DNA of 57,147 bases, the filler included, from Jimgerdemannia flammicorona (lineage: Eukaryota): the NCBI GenBank assembly GCA_003990765.1. It is 3 parts of 3 records of this genome, joined end to end, with 100 filler letters (N's around TTAATTAATTAA, not from the genome) between each part and the next. Parts side by side here need not be neighbours in the genome. Positions count along the whole stretch, not along the records: positions 19,092 to 38,071 come from RBNJ01002057.1; positions 38,172 to 57,147 come from RBNJ01002058.1; 1 more part is not named here. One strand, written 5' to 3'. Below the pieces are notes generated by a model. The model saw nothing but the letters and a program-made list of their open reading frames with translations. It ran no database searches and was not told the DNA's origin. The stretch's first letter is position 1. Each line of letters starts with the position of its first letter. The translations under genes were made by a program, and so were the position numbers. Of the stretch, positions 36,766 to 50,990 are shown in pieces.

Positions 36766-38019
36766 CTAACAGGTTCTCCCCCTCCTCCGCCTCCCGCCCT
36801 CATTCTCCAAACCCCTCCTGAACAGCGCCAAATCGACCATCCCCCCGCTCTCCTCCTTCCCCCAAACACCCAACGCTCTCAACCTTAAATCGACCCCGTC
36901 CACAATCACGATTAGCCACCCGACCCACCGCGCGCCGATCTCCCTCGACTGCCACGCCAGAAATTGATACGCCCTGCGTCCCGCCACACCATCGAACCGC
37001 TCACGCGCGCGTCGCACGCCAAAGCAATGTCGCTCGATTGCGTTATCTACGCTAGAAACGTAGTTGCGCCACGAGACATAGGTAATAAATATTGCAAGGA
37101 GGACGTCAAGCGTATAGTGGAAACGCGTAAAGATGATTAGGAGCGGCGAGAGCATAGGCTATCCAGGAATAGATTAGGCGGAGGCGGGAGTGGAGACGCC
37201 AGGTGATTACGCATGACATGAGGACGCAGGTGTGGCCCGAGAAAATGTTGTTTGTGCAGTTATTGTTTACCTGGGGGTTGTTGAGGCGGTGGGGTGGTGA
37301 GATAATGCCCTCGCGGAAGGTTCCGAAACGACGAAAAACACTCAAGAATCTTTCCTCTCAGAACAGAAAAGACACCTCTCATAATAAAAATAAAAAAAAG
37401 AAACCTACCCCCAACACCTCCAACAGCATCATATACATGAGCCTTTCTCCAACGGACCCGTCCAGCACGACCCTGTTAGGCGTACACCCTTGCGGTAATG
37501 GGCTTGGCAACGTTGTAACCACCAAAGCCACCCCATCAGGAAGCACCACCTCCTGAACGTAATGAACCGCACCTCCCAGTCAGGACTGAACAGCACGAAC
37601 ATTACCGCTGTGTACAGTAACGTCGCCATCAGCCATACGCAGGTGCGTTGTGTCACGCCCGTAACTTGCGTAGCGGAGATCGGAGATTTGTTCAAGTGTG
37701 AACTCAGAAGAATCAAGAGACAGAAGCAGAGGAGGACACGGAGGAAAGAGTGATTGGCAACTAGGTAGAACAGGTCGCGCGGGTGATGAATGTGTGAGGG
37801 AGGGATCAGGCAGAGGTTGAGTACATACCAATACATTGTTTTGCATGTGCGTAGGGTGTAATTTGTGTGGGAGAGGGAGTCGCGCCGTGCGTGTGAGTTG
37901 GGTGGGTAGAGGAGCCGTTGGAGGGTGGTTAGTGGGTAGGAGGTTGGAGTAGTTGTCTGGGTGAAAGCTGGGTTCTGTGGCGCATGGGATTTATCAGTGT
38001 TAATACGTGAGTCGTGCAA
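36766..38019 (-). CDS. Sphingomyelin/inositolphosphoceramide synthase-like PAP2_C protein; introns, apparent frameshifts, 5' end uncertain
   Basis: TTLPSP, CTNNIFSGHT and TRFHYTLDVLLA (catalytic H..H..D arrangement) are distributed over adjacent frames. Confidence 0.75.
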
Positions 38020-38071
38020 TTTTCTGATTTTCTGTCTGGAACGCCTCCTCCTCCTCCCCCCCCCCCCCCCC

Positions 38072-38171
38072 NNNNNNNNNNNNNNNNNNNNNNNNNNNNN
38101 NNNNNNNNNNNNNNNTTAATTAATTAANNNNNNNNNNNNNNNNNNNNNNNNNNNNNNNNNNNNNNNNNNNN
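38072..38171. other. Assembly gap with TTAATTAATTAA spacer
   Basis: Same N-run and spacer as 18992-19091. Confidence 0.97.
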
Positions 38172-38189
38172 AAAAAAAAAAAAAAAAAA

Positions 38190-38369
38190 CATTAATACAG
38201 TGAATCTAACAAGCTAAAATATGTTAAATTTAGATGAGTTTTCGTCAAGTTATTATATTTTGAAAATTAAGATTTGAGATTTGAATCAAATTGAATTGGA
38301 CTCTTGATTTGATCGAATCAAATAAAGTTTGGGCCAAATTCAATTTAATTCAATTCATTGGGAGTACTA
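38190..38369 (-). mobile_element. hAT-like terminus inserted into the Gypsy 2 integrase
   Basis: Ends in GAGTACTA at 38369 and shares gatttgagatttgaRtcaaa and pentamer subterminal repeats with the hAT end at 48080. The integrase frame stops at this boundary. Confidence 0.6.
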
Positions 38370-41300
38370 ATAACTATAATATAGTGGTTTTCTGATAGTA
38401 TTACTGGTAGTGGCCCAATGATATCAATTGTGATGTGGTGGAAGGGGATAGGCTCAATTCTTAATGACCTGGATGCCTGGTCTTATTGATCTTGTTTCTG
38501 TTTTTGGTACTTGTTATACCCTTTGACAAATTGGCACAGGTCTTCTTCCATCTTGGGCCACCACATGGTTCTTCTTGCCTTGTCATATATATTAGTTCCT
38601 CCTAAGTATTCTTGCTTGTGTACTTTCTTCATTACTTGATACTTCTTGTATTCAGGTATTATTAGCTTTCCTTCTTTTCTGAGTATAGTGTTGTCTAGTT
38701 CAAACTGTTTCTAAGTCCAGTTGATGATGGTAATTGTCCAGGGTTTGAGGTGGTTGGGCATCTTCTGCTGCCCAAGATAGTTGATTAATCCATAGTATAG
38801 CTCCTTATTCATATTGAATGGTCTTGTTGGGGGTGTTTCGGGGTATTCTTGAGAGTACATCAGCATTGGTATTGGTTCTTCCTAAGTGGTACTTGATAGT
38901 ACAGTTATACTCTTGCAGCCTGTAGATCTATCTGGCATATATTTCTTTGGGGTTCAGAGTGTAAAATAGCCAGGCAAGGGCAGAATGGTCTGTTTGAATA
39001 GTGAAGTATTTTCCAGCTAGGTAGTAGTGGAACTTGTCTACTGCCCAGACTACTGCTAAGCATTTAAGCTTGTATGACTCATAGTTCTGTTCTGCTCCAC
39101 AGATACCTTGGCTTACATAGGAGATGACATATTCATGTCCATCTTTCTTCTGAGCTAGAACTGCTCCAAGTCCTATAACACTCACATCTGTCTGCAGGAT
39201 GAATTCTAGGTTCCAATCTGGTCTTCTGAGGATAGATACTTGGGTCAACCTGATCTTGAGTTCATTGAAGATTTCTTGGCACTCCTTGGTCCATTCAAAT
39301 TTGGTTTCCTTCTTCAGTAGCTCATAGATGGGTGCTGCAATATTGGAGTATCCTTTTATGAACCTTCTGTAGTAGCTGGCCAGTCCAAGGAAGGCGTGGA
39401 CTTCTGTAGTTGTTCTGGGTCTTGGGTAGGCTGCAACAGCCTCAATCTTCATAGGGTCTGTGTGGATTCCAGTCTGGTTGATGAGATATCCTAGGTAGGC
39501 AATTTCCTGGGCTACAAACTTGCATTTCTTGGGCTTGATGTAGAGGTCATACTCCTTGAGCTTCTTGAGGACTAGCTGTATATGATTGATATATTCCTGT
39601 ACAGTATTGCTGAAGATGATCACATCATCAATATAGATAAAGAGCCATTTTCTAATCTCATTGCTGAAGACTCTATTCATTATTCACTGGAAACTTGCTG
39701 GGGTATTGCATATTCCAAATGGTATTTGCAGGTAGATATAGATAGTATTAGGTATGATAAAGGCTGATTTCTCACTGGCATCTTGAGTGAGATCAATCTG
39801 ATAGAAGTCTGAGAACAGATCCAAGGTGGTGTAGTATTTGGCTTTACTTCCAAGAATAGTAAGAATTTGGTAAGAACTGCCTATTCTTCTTGGTGATGGC
39901 ATTGAGCTTTCTGTAGTCAATACAGAGTCTTGGTGCAAACTCTCCAGGCTTGCTTCCTTTCTTCAGGACAAGGACAATGGGTGAGGCCCAGGAGCTGATA
40001 GCTTGCTTGATAATTCTGGCTTCTTCTATTTCCTTGAGTTCTGCTCACAGCCATTCTCTATAGGCAGGTGGTATGGGTCTGGCTTTTTGGTAGATGGGCT
40101 TGGTATCACCAGTGTTAACTTCATAGTAGTACTTGGGTTCTTGATTGTAGATATCCTGGAAGTTTGTAGCAAGTACTTCTTTATTCTGATGCAGGATCTT
40201 GAGAAGTTATTCCTCTAGGGGAAAGTTTTCTCCAATAGTGTATGTGTGCTTGTTCTGGTCCTTGTTTTTCTTGTACTCAAGTTCAGTAATCTTGGTGGTA
40301 GTATAGGCTCCTCTTCCAGTAGATCCAAAGCCTTATTCTCCTCTCTTGGTTTTGATGAGTTTAATGGCTTCTATGATCTTAGGTTTCTTGATTTCATAGA
40401 TTAGCATCTGACTAATCCTGTTATACTTCTTGACTTCAAATAGGGTGGTGGGGTTGTGATTCCTGACTATGAGAAAGATCTCACCAGTGTAATCAGGGTC
40501 AATTACTCCTTCTTTAACTGAGATTTTACTTTTGGCCAGACTGCTTCTGGTCTTGATAATTCCAGCATGGTTCTCTGGCAGCTTGACTCCAATTCCAGTG
40601 CCAAGTAGGGTGGTGGTCTGTGGTTTGAGAGTAGCATCTTGAATGCTGGCAAGGTCTATTCCTATGACTCCTTTAGTCTTGTATTCTAGGATCTTGGCTT
40701 TGGGGTGAAACTTTTTGATCTTGAGAGTGATGTTTGATTCTTGTTCCTCCTCATCATCACTGTCAGTCTGAAGCTCTGGGGGCTGGTCATCTTCTTTAGC
40801 TTTCCTTTTTGCTTCAGCAGCTTCTTGCTTATGTTTCTGTTGGCAGATTTTCCTGACTTCACTGATACAGAACCAGCAGTCATTCAGGTATTCAGAGCAG
40901 TACATCCTAGTACCATAGAGGCATCTTCCTTGAGGAGCATACTCATCAATGATCTTGTTATACCACTACTCATCTGTGAGCTTAGATGTCTTATTCTTGT
41001 TCTTGTTCACCAAGTGTATGAAGACCTCTGTGTTCTCTTCATCTTCTTCCTCTATATCTGGTAAGACTCCTTTGTGAACATTGATAGAGACTTATATCTT
41101 TCTTCCTCTATAGTTGATCTGCATTTTCTGGGCATTGAGGTCAATGATGGCCTTGGCCTTGTAAAGCCATTGGTTGCCAATGAGGATGTTATAGTTGGTG
41201 GCACTTGTAACAATCACATCTACTAGAATGATAGCTCCTCCTATCTTGATGGAGACTTCTTGGATTTTACCAAGGGGGGTAGCTCATGTACTATCTGCTG

Positions 41301-44300
41301 TGACATAGACCATCTTGGTGGACTCTTCAATGTCCCAGCCTAGGCAGTCAATTGTCTTCTTGCTCATGAGGCATCCTCCAGCACCAGTATCAATGATGGT
41401 ATTAAAGATATAGTCTTTAATCTGACATGGGGTATAGGCTGATGTCTTATGCTGGTCTTTAGATTCTTCATCTGAGTTCTTGGATTCTTTCTGTGCATTG
41501 TGAGCTTTTACAATCTTGTACTCTTGATTCTTGATAGTAGTTACAAGTCCTACTCTCAACTGCTGTCTAAAGGCAGAGACTTTGACTAGTTGTCCAAAAG
41601 TAGCATTGACCTTCTATTCCTTGAGATTTTTATAGATATCATACTGGTAGATCTTGGTCTTGCACAGCTTCTATTCCTTCTTGCTTTCACTTTCTCCTGA
41701 AACTGGAGTAGTGCCTTCAATAATTTGGTAGACAGCTTCATCTAACTCTATGTCTTGATCAATCTCCTTGGGTTGGGTCTTACTTTGAATAGTGATAGCT
41801 GGGGTCTTCTTTGGTCTTCCAACTGGCTTACTGTTGCTCTTCTTGGACTGAGTTCTGGTACCTTTAGTAGCAGAGTAGAATTTGAGCTTCTCATAGTATT
41901 CTTCATCATCAGTATCACCAATCTCCTTAATAACTACTACATTGGTTTGTTCTCTAGTTCTGCTAGTATTGCTTAGTTGGGCTTTGCATCTTGTTTCAGT
42001 CATGCAATTCTTTACATAGTGGCCTTTTTCTCTACATCTGAAGTATATGATATTGTGTTCTTCTGTAGCAGCTGCAAATCTCTGCACTGGTCTCCTGTTG
42101 GCACTTCAGACTTCTCTAACAACATTACTAAGGTGTGTAGTCATCTTGGTGAACTGCTTGGCGAGTTCCTCCACTGGGTCAGCTTTGGCTATCTTGGGGG
42201 TAAGTGGAGTTGGTTGTCTGTTTACAACTGTAGCAGGTATGATACTAGTTGGCTTTGATGGCTCTATCTTGATATCAGTTATTTTCTCCATTGAATGTTC
42301 AGCAGAGTGTCTGGTAGTCTAATATCTCTGTATAAAGACCACTTTCTGATCAAGGGTCAGTACAGCTGGGGTAGACCAGATTACTAGGGCAATTTCAGGA
42401 TGAACTCCTTTGAGGAAGGTTGAATCTACTATTTGTTCCTTGAGGCAGTCATCATAGCCAGCCAGGACAATCTGGTGGCAGATTCAGATATAGAATGAGT
42501 TGGGATCTTCACTAAGTCCCTGGTAGATAGTATTGAGTTAATCCTTGAGAGCTTGCTTGATCTCTTCAGTATAGTATGTTGTTCTGAGGAAGGCCTTCAT
42601 GTTGACAAGTTTGGCTACACCAGTATCAGCAATGGTGGCTATATTGAACTTGTCTCTGGTAGGTCCTCTGAGGCTGACTGGTAGAAGGGCCAATTGAGCA
42701 TCCACACCAAGGGCTCATATGGTGGCAAATTGTTCAAAGTCTTCAATGAAGGTCAGAATTGACTCTTCAGTAGTATATCCATAGAATGTGGGGGGATACA
42801 TTTCCATCTTATCTTGAATTCTTGCAGGGGTGACTCTTGTAGTCAGGGTAGTTGTTGTGGGAGTTGTTCATTTTTCAGCTTGAAAGTGAGGGATTCATCT
42901 TGAATCACCAGCCAATGGGCACCAAGTTGTCATATAGTGGTCGCTGAGTCCTTCAAATACATCAGATTCTCTTCAAGATATATCTCTTAGACTAACTCAA
43001 GTTTGTTATAAGCAAGTTCTTATTGGAGTGCCTTTCTAAGATCTTATAGTCCTCAAACTTCTTATCTTTAACTATCTTGTCTCTTAGATTGCTTGCAAGA
43101 AAGTATAAGTGAAACCAAAACTGACTTTATTTCAGAGGAAATAAGAGGAGTATTTATATAAAATATAATTCAATAGTTGCTAAGATATAAAGCTAAATAT
43201 AAATTCCAATAACTAAAACTACTAAGTTCTAGAGTCAGTACTGATGGTTGTACAGGTTCAGGATGCTGGTATAATTCAGTGTCACCTCAGAATACCAGTG
43301 CTGGCATTATACAGTGTTACATCAAATACCAGTGCTGGCATTATTCAGTGTAACAAAAAACTTAGAGCAGAAAGTTCAGGACTATGGAAGCTTCATCCTT
43401 ATCATCAGAGATCAGGATATCTTTGAAGGAGATGAGATCTGTGAATGTTTCATCAAGATTGCATAGGTTGTGCAGGATGACATCATCACTGATGATGTCA
43501 TTATGTTTGGTGGTAGGGAAATTGAGGGCTCTCCAATCTATGAGAGTTCTCTTCTACAAAATAAGAGACAAATGTGGGGTCTTGGGGAGGTCTAACCTGG
43601 ATGCTTGGGCCTTGGAATACTGAGATCAACCCTTATAGGAATTGGTCTGGATTGTCTTAGAGGATAGGATGCCAGAAGTCTTCTACTTCATCACTATTGA
43701 GGGTGATAGTGGACTAGGCTTCTGTAGCCATCCTGGCTTCTAGTGTATTGATATAGCAGAATAACAGGTCTCTGAAATCTGAGACTCTAACATACTCCAA
43801 GTTGGAGATTGACTATGGTGTATGTCTGAAGATCTGATGGATCTTCTTAGCTATCCTTGCCTTATATATGTTCATGAAAGTGGTATCTTGTAGCTCTTGA
43901 GGGCTAGCCTGGGGGAACTTCTGGTAGAGAAGGTTTCCTATTTCATACTCCTGCCACATTTGGAGGTATTCAGTGGTAATGGTGATCCTTGTTTCCATTT
44001 CATGGTAGTAGAGAATATAATGATAAAGGTCACCAGTACCCAGGTTGACACTAGGAGTTCTTCTTGAGTAGGTCCTTATGGCTCTTCTGATGTCTTGGAA
44101 CATCCTTTCTTCAACTGAGATACCTTGGTGGTTCCTTGACCTTGAGGTTTGGTGGGCAGCAGATATTTTGTTTATAGTAAGTCTTTGAGCTATTTTGGGA
44201 TTAGTGGGTCTTGTTGGTTGCTGTTACTGCAGTTCCTTGATCCTTCTTTTATATTCCTCAGAATGCTTATACTGTAGTTACAATGACTCACAGTTGGTCA

Positions 44301-44426
44301 TCATTACTCATCTCATATGCCATATAATCTTCTTGTGCTCTGATCTGGTGGCTTGCAAGAAAAGACTGTCTCCTATGCTGATGTCATCATTCTGAGGTCA
44401 CTGTTATAATATATATTTACATTACA
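38370..44426 (-). mobile_element. Second Ty3/Gypsy element with dUTPase (LTR-PBS-gag-PR-dUTPase-RT-RH-partial IN)
   Basis: PBS-like TGGTGCCC follows the LTR end at 42928; gag YPPTFYG; degenerate knuckle YFRCREKGHYVKNC; PR IIDTGA; dUTPase GIDL/TRSSLA/GVIDPDYTG/RISQ/RGE*GFGSTG; RT PFGICNTPASFQ and YIDD; RH LQTDVS and TDHSAL; IN start IDIIGPLP. Confidence 0.93.
42928..44426 (-). repeat. Putative 1.5-kb 5' LTR of Gypsy 2 containing an ORF remnant and three ~31-bp repeats
   Basis: Minus strand reads TGTAAT...ATGACA. TATATAAATA and AATAAA lie near 43125-43160; the acactg.ataatgccagca repeats lie at about 43260-43350. The outer boundary is inferred. Confidence 0.5.
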
Positions 44427-45129
44427 TCAGAGTATATTAAGTGTAATATTTCTCTACTCATATATAGATAATAATATCACTCTAATAATATTCTATATTC
44501 TAATAATAGTAGTATCTAATATGATCTTATCTATAGTATTGAGGTCCTGTTTATAGCCAACATAACTATTTTATTCTAACTGTATGACTTCTATAGTACT
44601 GTTATCTTTAAGGAGAGCTCAGATACTATAGTCATTATACTCACAATAGATAATAAGCTCATTAAGATCTGGGATCAGTAGATGGAGCAGTTTTGTAAAG
44701 ATTAAGCAGTCAGATATCTCTTTTTATAATACTAGTTTAGCTTTTTGCTAGGCTCTACTGGCCTCTTAACTCTGCTTTATAGTACTGCTAGTACAGTATT
44801 ATAGTATAAAGTCAGGGTATCTATAGGATCCAAATCTGTACTAGAATCTGACTACTTGAAGCTACTTTTTACAGTAGGTTATTGGGCTACAAATTTTGTA
44901 TACTTCCTCTAATCTAGACTTCTATACTAACTGGTAGCTTGGAGTTACCCCTTACTGCTGACAAAGGGTTATAAACTTTGCATACTCTCTTCACCAACTC
45001 TGGCCAATCTTTATTTTACTTGAGTTGCTCAGAGTTACTTCTTATAGCTAATAGAGGGCTGCAAACTCTGGTATACTCCCTCTGCCTACTATCTTATACC
45101 TCAAACTAAACTCTTTTTTTTTTTTTATA

Positions 45130-46266
45130 TACTTCTAATTATATTATATAAAAAATAATTTATTTCTGACTTATATTTAATACAGCAGAACTCACTCAAT
45201 TTTAGCAGCCTATACTCTATCAAGACTTAAGATATATATAAGTCTAGATTGCCTCAGTATTCAGTATATATCTCTTAGGAGAAATAAGATCTATTCTATT
45301 AGAAAACATCTGCTTAACTAGAGTACTGGTAACAGGAATGACTAGGTAGTCCTGAGCTATACTATATAAGTTGGAGAAGTCTGTTTGATATATCTGTAGC
45401 CATATGCTCTAGGGGTAGAATATGGTTAAAATTGGTCTAATTCTAGCAGAAAGACAATTCATCTTCTACTAATTGAGTATCTCTATACCCTCTAGTAGGA
45501 TTATATAGTTGCTGATAAGATAAATAGTAAGTTTGTCTATTGATAATAGTTCTTTTACTGATGGCTCTTTCTTTCTCTTTCTACTAAAGTAAATATGTAA
45601 TAGAAAAGATTCTTTAGTATATTCATCTAGACTTTAGCTGGAATCTTACAGCAGTATATAGTTTTTCTGATATGTTTTAATTATAACTTACTTGGCTTCC
45701 TTAATATAGTATGTAATACTTCTAGCTTTAATCTTTATGATACATATTATAGCTTTAAATATAGATTCAATACTATTTAAAAAAGAGAATAAGTTTTGTA
45801 GAGAGTTTCTCTTTTTTTTAAAGGAATAACTGTTATATTAACATACTAGTACTGATTAGGTATATAGTGATATCTGTTTTGAAGTAGTATTTTCTAAGCT
45901 TACTTAAAGTAATCTCTACAGTATCTCTTTAATCTGAGCTAAACTAGAAATCATTGCTACTCTCTAGCCTATCCTTGAGCTTATCTTTTAGTTGATCAAT
46001 TAAAAGATTATATGTATATTGATATTACTGAGCTTATTGTTGAGGTAGTTTGTTTGACTATATATTTTATATAATCACCAAAATACTAGTAGTTAAGAAT
46101 AGTGAATTGTTACATTATTATACAGAGATAGATAAAATGAATATAGAGTTAAAGAATTATCACTTACTTTCAAAACTCTGATAATATTTCTTAATATATC
46201 CTACTTACTTTTATCTATAGTTTCACCTTATATTTTCTTATCAGTAGTAATTGTAGAATTTATTAG

Positions 46267-46298
<32 letters not shown>

Positions 46299-47790
46299 TT
46301 AATTAATAATTCTCAGTCATCTGAAATAATTTACTTTAGTTGATTAAAAAAAAGAGTACATACTATAGCAAACTCTAGCATATATTGAATTATTATAAAT
46401 ATTGAGTTTTAATATATACAGATATCTAATATTAGCTTCTTTAGAACTAAACTAATTACTCTATACTATATAGTAAATTTGTCTCATCATTGTGGAATAA
46501 TTGGACCAATATAACTAGTTTGTATAGCTTGGAAACAATGCTCAGAGTTCCTTTACTTTTAGTATTTTGTATATATATAAGATAATTCTATATAGTAAGG
46601 TTCAGTATATGGGCCTAATAATATACAATAGTTTTCTATATCAAAGACCATATTTTTCTATTAAAGGTAGATTTTTAAAATGTAAAAAAATGCTGTATTA
46701 TTTGTAGTATTGTCTATTATAATGACCAAAATCTGTACTTGAAATTTTCAGTTAGTAAATTTATATAAAAATAAATAATTATTAAAATCTATTTTATTTT
46801 AAGACTTCTCTCAAAATGCTAATCAGATAGCAAGCTCTTCCTTTTTATCTTGATTATAATCTCAAGCTCATAGATATAACTAATAAAAGTATTTGCAATA
46901 TTTTCTCTAAAATAAGGATTATCAAGTTTGATGAAGTCAAGGATAAGAGATTTAAGTTGCTAATTAATATCAATCTAATAACTGATAATATCCAGAAATA
47001 AAATTGCATTGAGAGATATCTATATATTAATTATAAATGAAATTCTATCTACTGAATTCTATTTATTAAATGTAAGATTAAATTGATAAGCTCTTTATAT
47101 ATATATATAATTCAGCTTATAATATTATAATATTATTCTTATTTATTTATTTTATCTGAAATATCTGATGAAAATTATTATACTTCTTTCTATAGATCTC
47201 TAGGATATCTTTATGAATAGTATCAGTATTTGGTAGATATATATAAATCATACTTAAGGAGATCAAAGCTACTATACAATTGATTACTCTCAATAGTTAT
47301 CTATATACAATCTAGTAAATGAGTTAATTTCAAAATTCTGCTAAAGTATATGGTTAAATATTTTTGATTAAATCAGGTTATTAATATAGAAATAATCAAG
47401 CAATTAGATAAATATATCCACCATAGCTTAGATATTAATTTTATTTATTTCTATATTCTTTTTTATTTTATTAGAGTATTTGTCTTTTATATATCAATAT
47501 ATATTCAAAGTTGAACCACTAAGTATTTCGAACTTCTAGCTATATAGTATAGTATAAGAGGTTGATAGAAATAATATCATATATGTGTTAAACAAAAGCA
47601 TTAGTTGTATCATAAATATATCTTCTTTTTTTAATTTTTTATCTACAATAATTACAAATAATCTCATCTTTAGTCTTAGTATAATATTATCAGATTTCAG
47701 AATGAGAATTATATAAAAAGTATAGAACTATTAAGAGTGTTTGACTTGAAGCATTATCAGTACTATAAATTATTGAAGACTGATCTATCA

Positions 47791-47822
<32 letters not shown>

Positions 47823-48080
47823 TTATATATTTATATATTTATATATATATATTATATATAGATATATCTAATATATAAGTTATATGAAGAATTCAGATTG
47901 AAGAATTCAAATTGAAGAATTCAAATTAGATAATTTGGATTAAATGATTTGGATTGAGTAATTTGGATTAAGTAATTTAGATTGAATAATTCAGATTGTT
48001 TCAGATTTGAGATTTGAGTCAAACTGTTATATAATGAATCAAATCCAGATTTGATTTGAATTAACTTGTTCAGAGCACTA
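45130..48080 (-). mobile_element. Highly decayed hAT DNA transposon
   Basis: Minus strand near 45225-45380 reads FSNLYSIAQDYLVIPVTSTLVKQMFS...PKR..L..EAI..YIYLKS, a hAT dimerisation domain. Terminus TAGTGCTC at 48080 with subterminal repeats. Very AT-rich; the left boundary is approximate. Confidence 0.75.
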
Positions 48081-48913
48081 GTTATAGTTATCTAAAATAG
48101 TATATATATATATATATATATCTAGTATACCATATTTAGTCATAGTCTCAAATATATATATAAATACTCTCTGTACTGAGTGTGTTGTAACCTCAGCTCT
48201 GCTTTTTCAAATATAAAGATAAAGTAGTATTTCTATTACAAAACTCTCATATCTGACTTGTTAATAATTTTAAGTCTAATTAATTTAGAATATAAGTATG
48301 GTACTTTCATCAGTATAAGAATCCAAAAGTGATACCTGGACTCTGCTATAATAGACAATTAAAGCTCAGTGCTTTCTCAAGAACTAGAACCTAGGGCTGA
48401 TAGTCATCATTGACTATCTGCAATATATTAATTCTATCAGTATAGTTTTATTATAGTATATACATATAATTCAATAAAGATAATATTAATTATAAAAATA
48501 GCTTCTTAAGTTATTATATAAATATCCTATAAATAATTTAAATACTATAGTTTAGAGTAGTTTTCAGTATCAACAGGCTTAGTAAATAGCAAAAGGATAA
48601 ATCTCAGTATAATCTAGCAGATAATACTAATTATAGACCCTACAAGTGCCAGTATAACTTCAAGATAAAAGAACTCAGCCAAAGTATAAAAGTCTCAGCT
48701 CTGATTCTATTATCTAATACACACACACATATATATATATATATATACATATATATACATAGGTTTCTGACATACCTTCAAATTTCAGTAGGTAAGGCTT
48801 CAGAGACTTCGCCAGAGCACAGGACGTGTCTGTCTGTGTGTTTAACTGAAATTTTTTGCTTGCGACGTCAATGATGTCTACATCACTAGCTCGCACAACT
48901 TAATAACCCAAAC

Positions 48914-49860
<947 letters not shown>

Positions 49861-50622
49861 TCGGACAAGTCACAAAGACGGTTGCGTCATTGAACGAGAA
49901 TGGGTTTGTGGGCGGGCACTAGGTAGGTTGTGGCAGCTAGGGTTTTGGGTTCGCGAAGTCTGACGTCCTTGTGTGATGGGGTTCGTAAAAGGCGGCAGGG
50001 ATGTTGTGAGCGGCCGTGGAATATTGTTTAAGGTATGGCCGGAAAACGGCAGAAATATTAATAAAAAAGAAACATACCATGAGGCCAATGAGATTTTTTA
50101 GTCTTTGAAATCTCGACCTCGAACCAAAGAGCTTGGCCTACGCGAAGCGGTCGCTTGAACAGTGATGCATTTTACGCTGATCGCATGTTTCTTTGCCTGG
50201 AAGCACTGGAATTCTGATAGTTCAAATCCGAATCTTTATCTTCAAACTACCAGCCTTCGTTCGATGTGTATCGCATGACCAGCTTTACCAACATTAACTG
50301 CTTTGCTAGCTGGTATTGTTTATGCACAGCCATGACTTTCGTCCTCTTTGGACTTTTGCGCCGAGTTTTGGAGATACAATCGGTTATCTGGCGACCGCTC
50401 ATTTATGGATATTACAGGTCACCGTACTAAGGACATGTCGTTACACAGAGGAAAAAAATAAGAATAAAAAATAAGTATATACACCTTAACACATTGGCCG
50501 CAGCACCAGCACAGCATAGCACAGCACATGTATATATATAAGAGAGCGTCAATGTCTCTGTAAATCGATATCAAGAATTAAGAATCAAGCATCAAACATT
50601 AAGCATCAACGCTTACACAATA

Positions 50623-50990
50623 ATGAATGCCCGTGTCTTTGCCATTCTCCCCTGTTGCCTGTCACTCGCGGCCGCGCAAGCGTCAAGTGTCACAGTCACC
50701 TTCAGTTACGGAGGCTTCGTCGTGAAGGACTTTGCTGGTAGTAAACGTCACCCCACCTTGAACCTCAACACATGCCTCCGCGGTGCCGATGCTAACTTCC
50801 AAAATATTCCCGATGTCTCGGACACCTAGTATACCTCAGCCAACCCGAAGCTGGTGTCGCCTTCTACACCAGCCCGGACCACAACACCGCTTACGTATGG
50901 TACTACATTAATGGCTCTACCGTCTCCCATATGAACTTCAAATACAGGTCCCTCCAATATATCAGCAATGTGGTCCGAACAAGCCTAGCT
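50623..50990 (+). CDS. Small secreted-type protein, disrupted by a stop/frameshift near 50829
   Basis: TATATATAAG about 90 bp upstream; signal-peptide-like MNARVFAILPCCLSLAAAQA. Coding-like continuation GVAFYTSPDHNTAYVWYYING lies in another frame. Confidence 0.45.

Noticed and set aside
44430..45060. Decayed coding-like segment with IKIWD (WD40-like)
   Set aside because: A single short motif in hypermutated DNA is not enough to assign a family.
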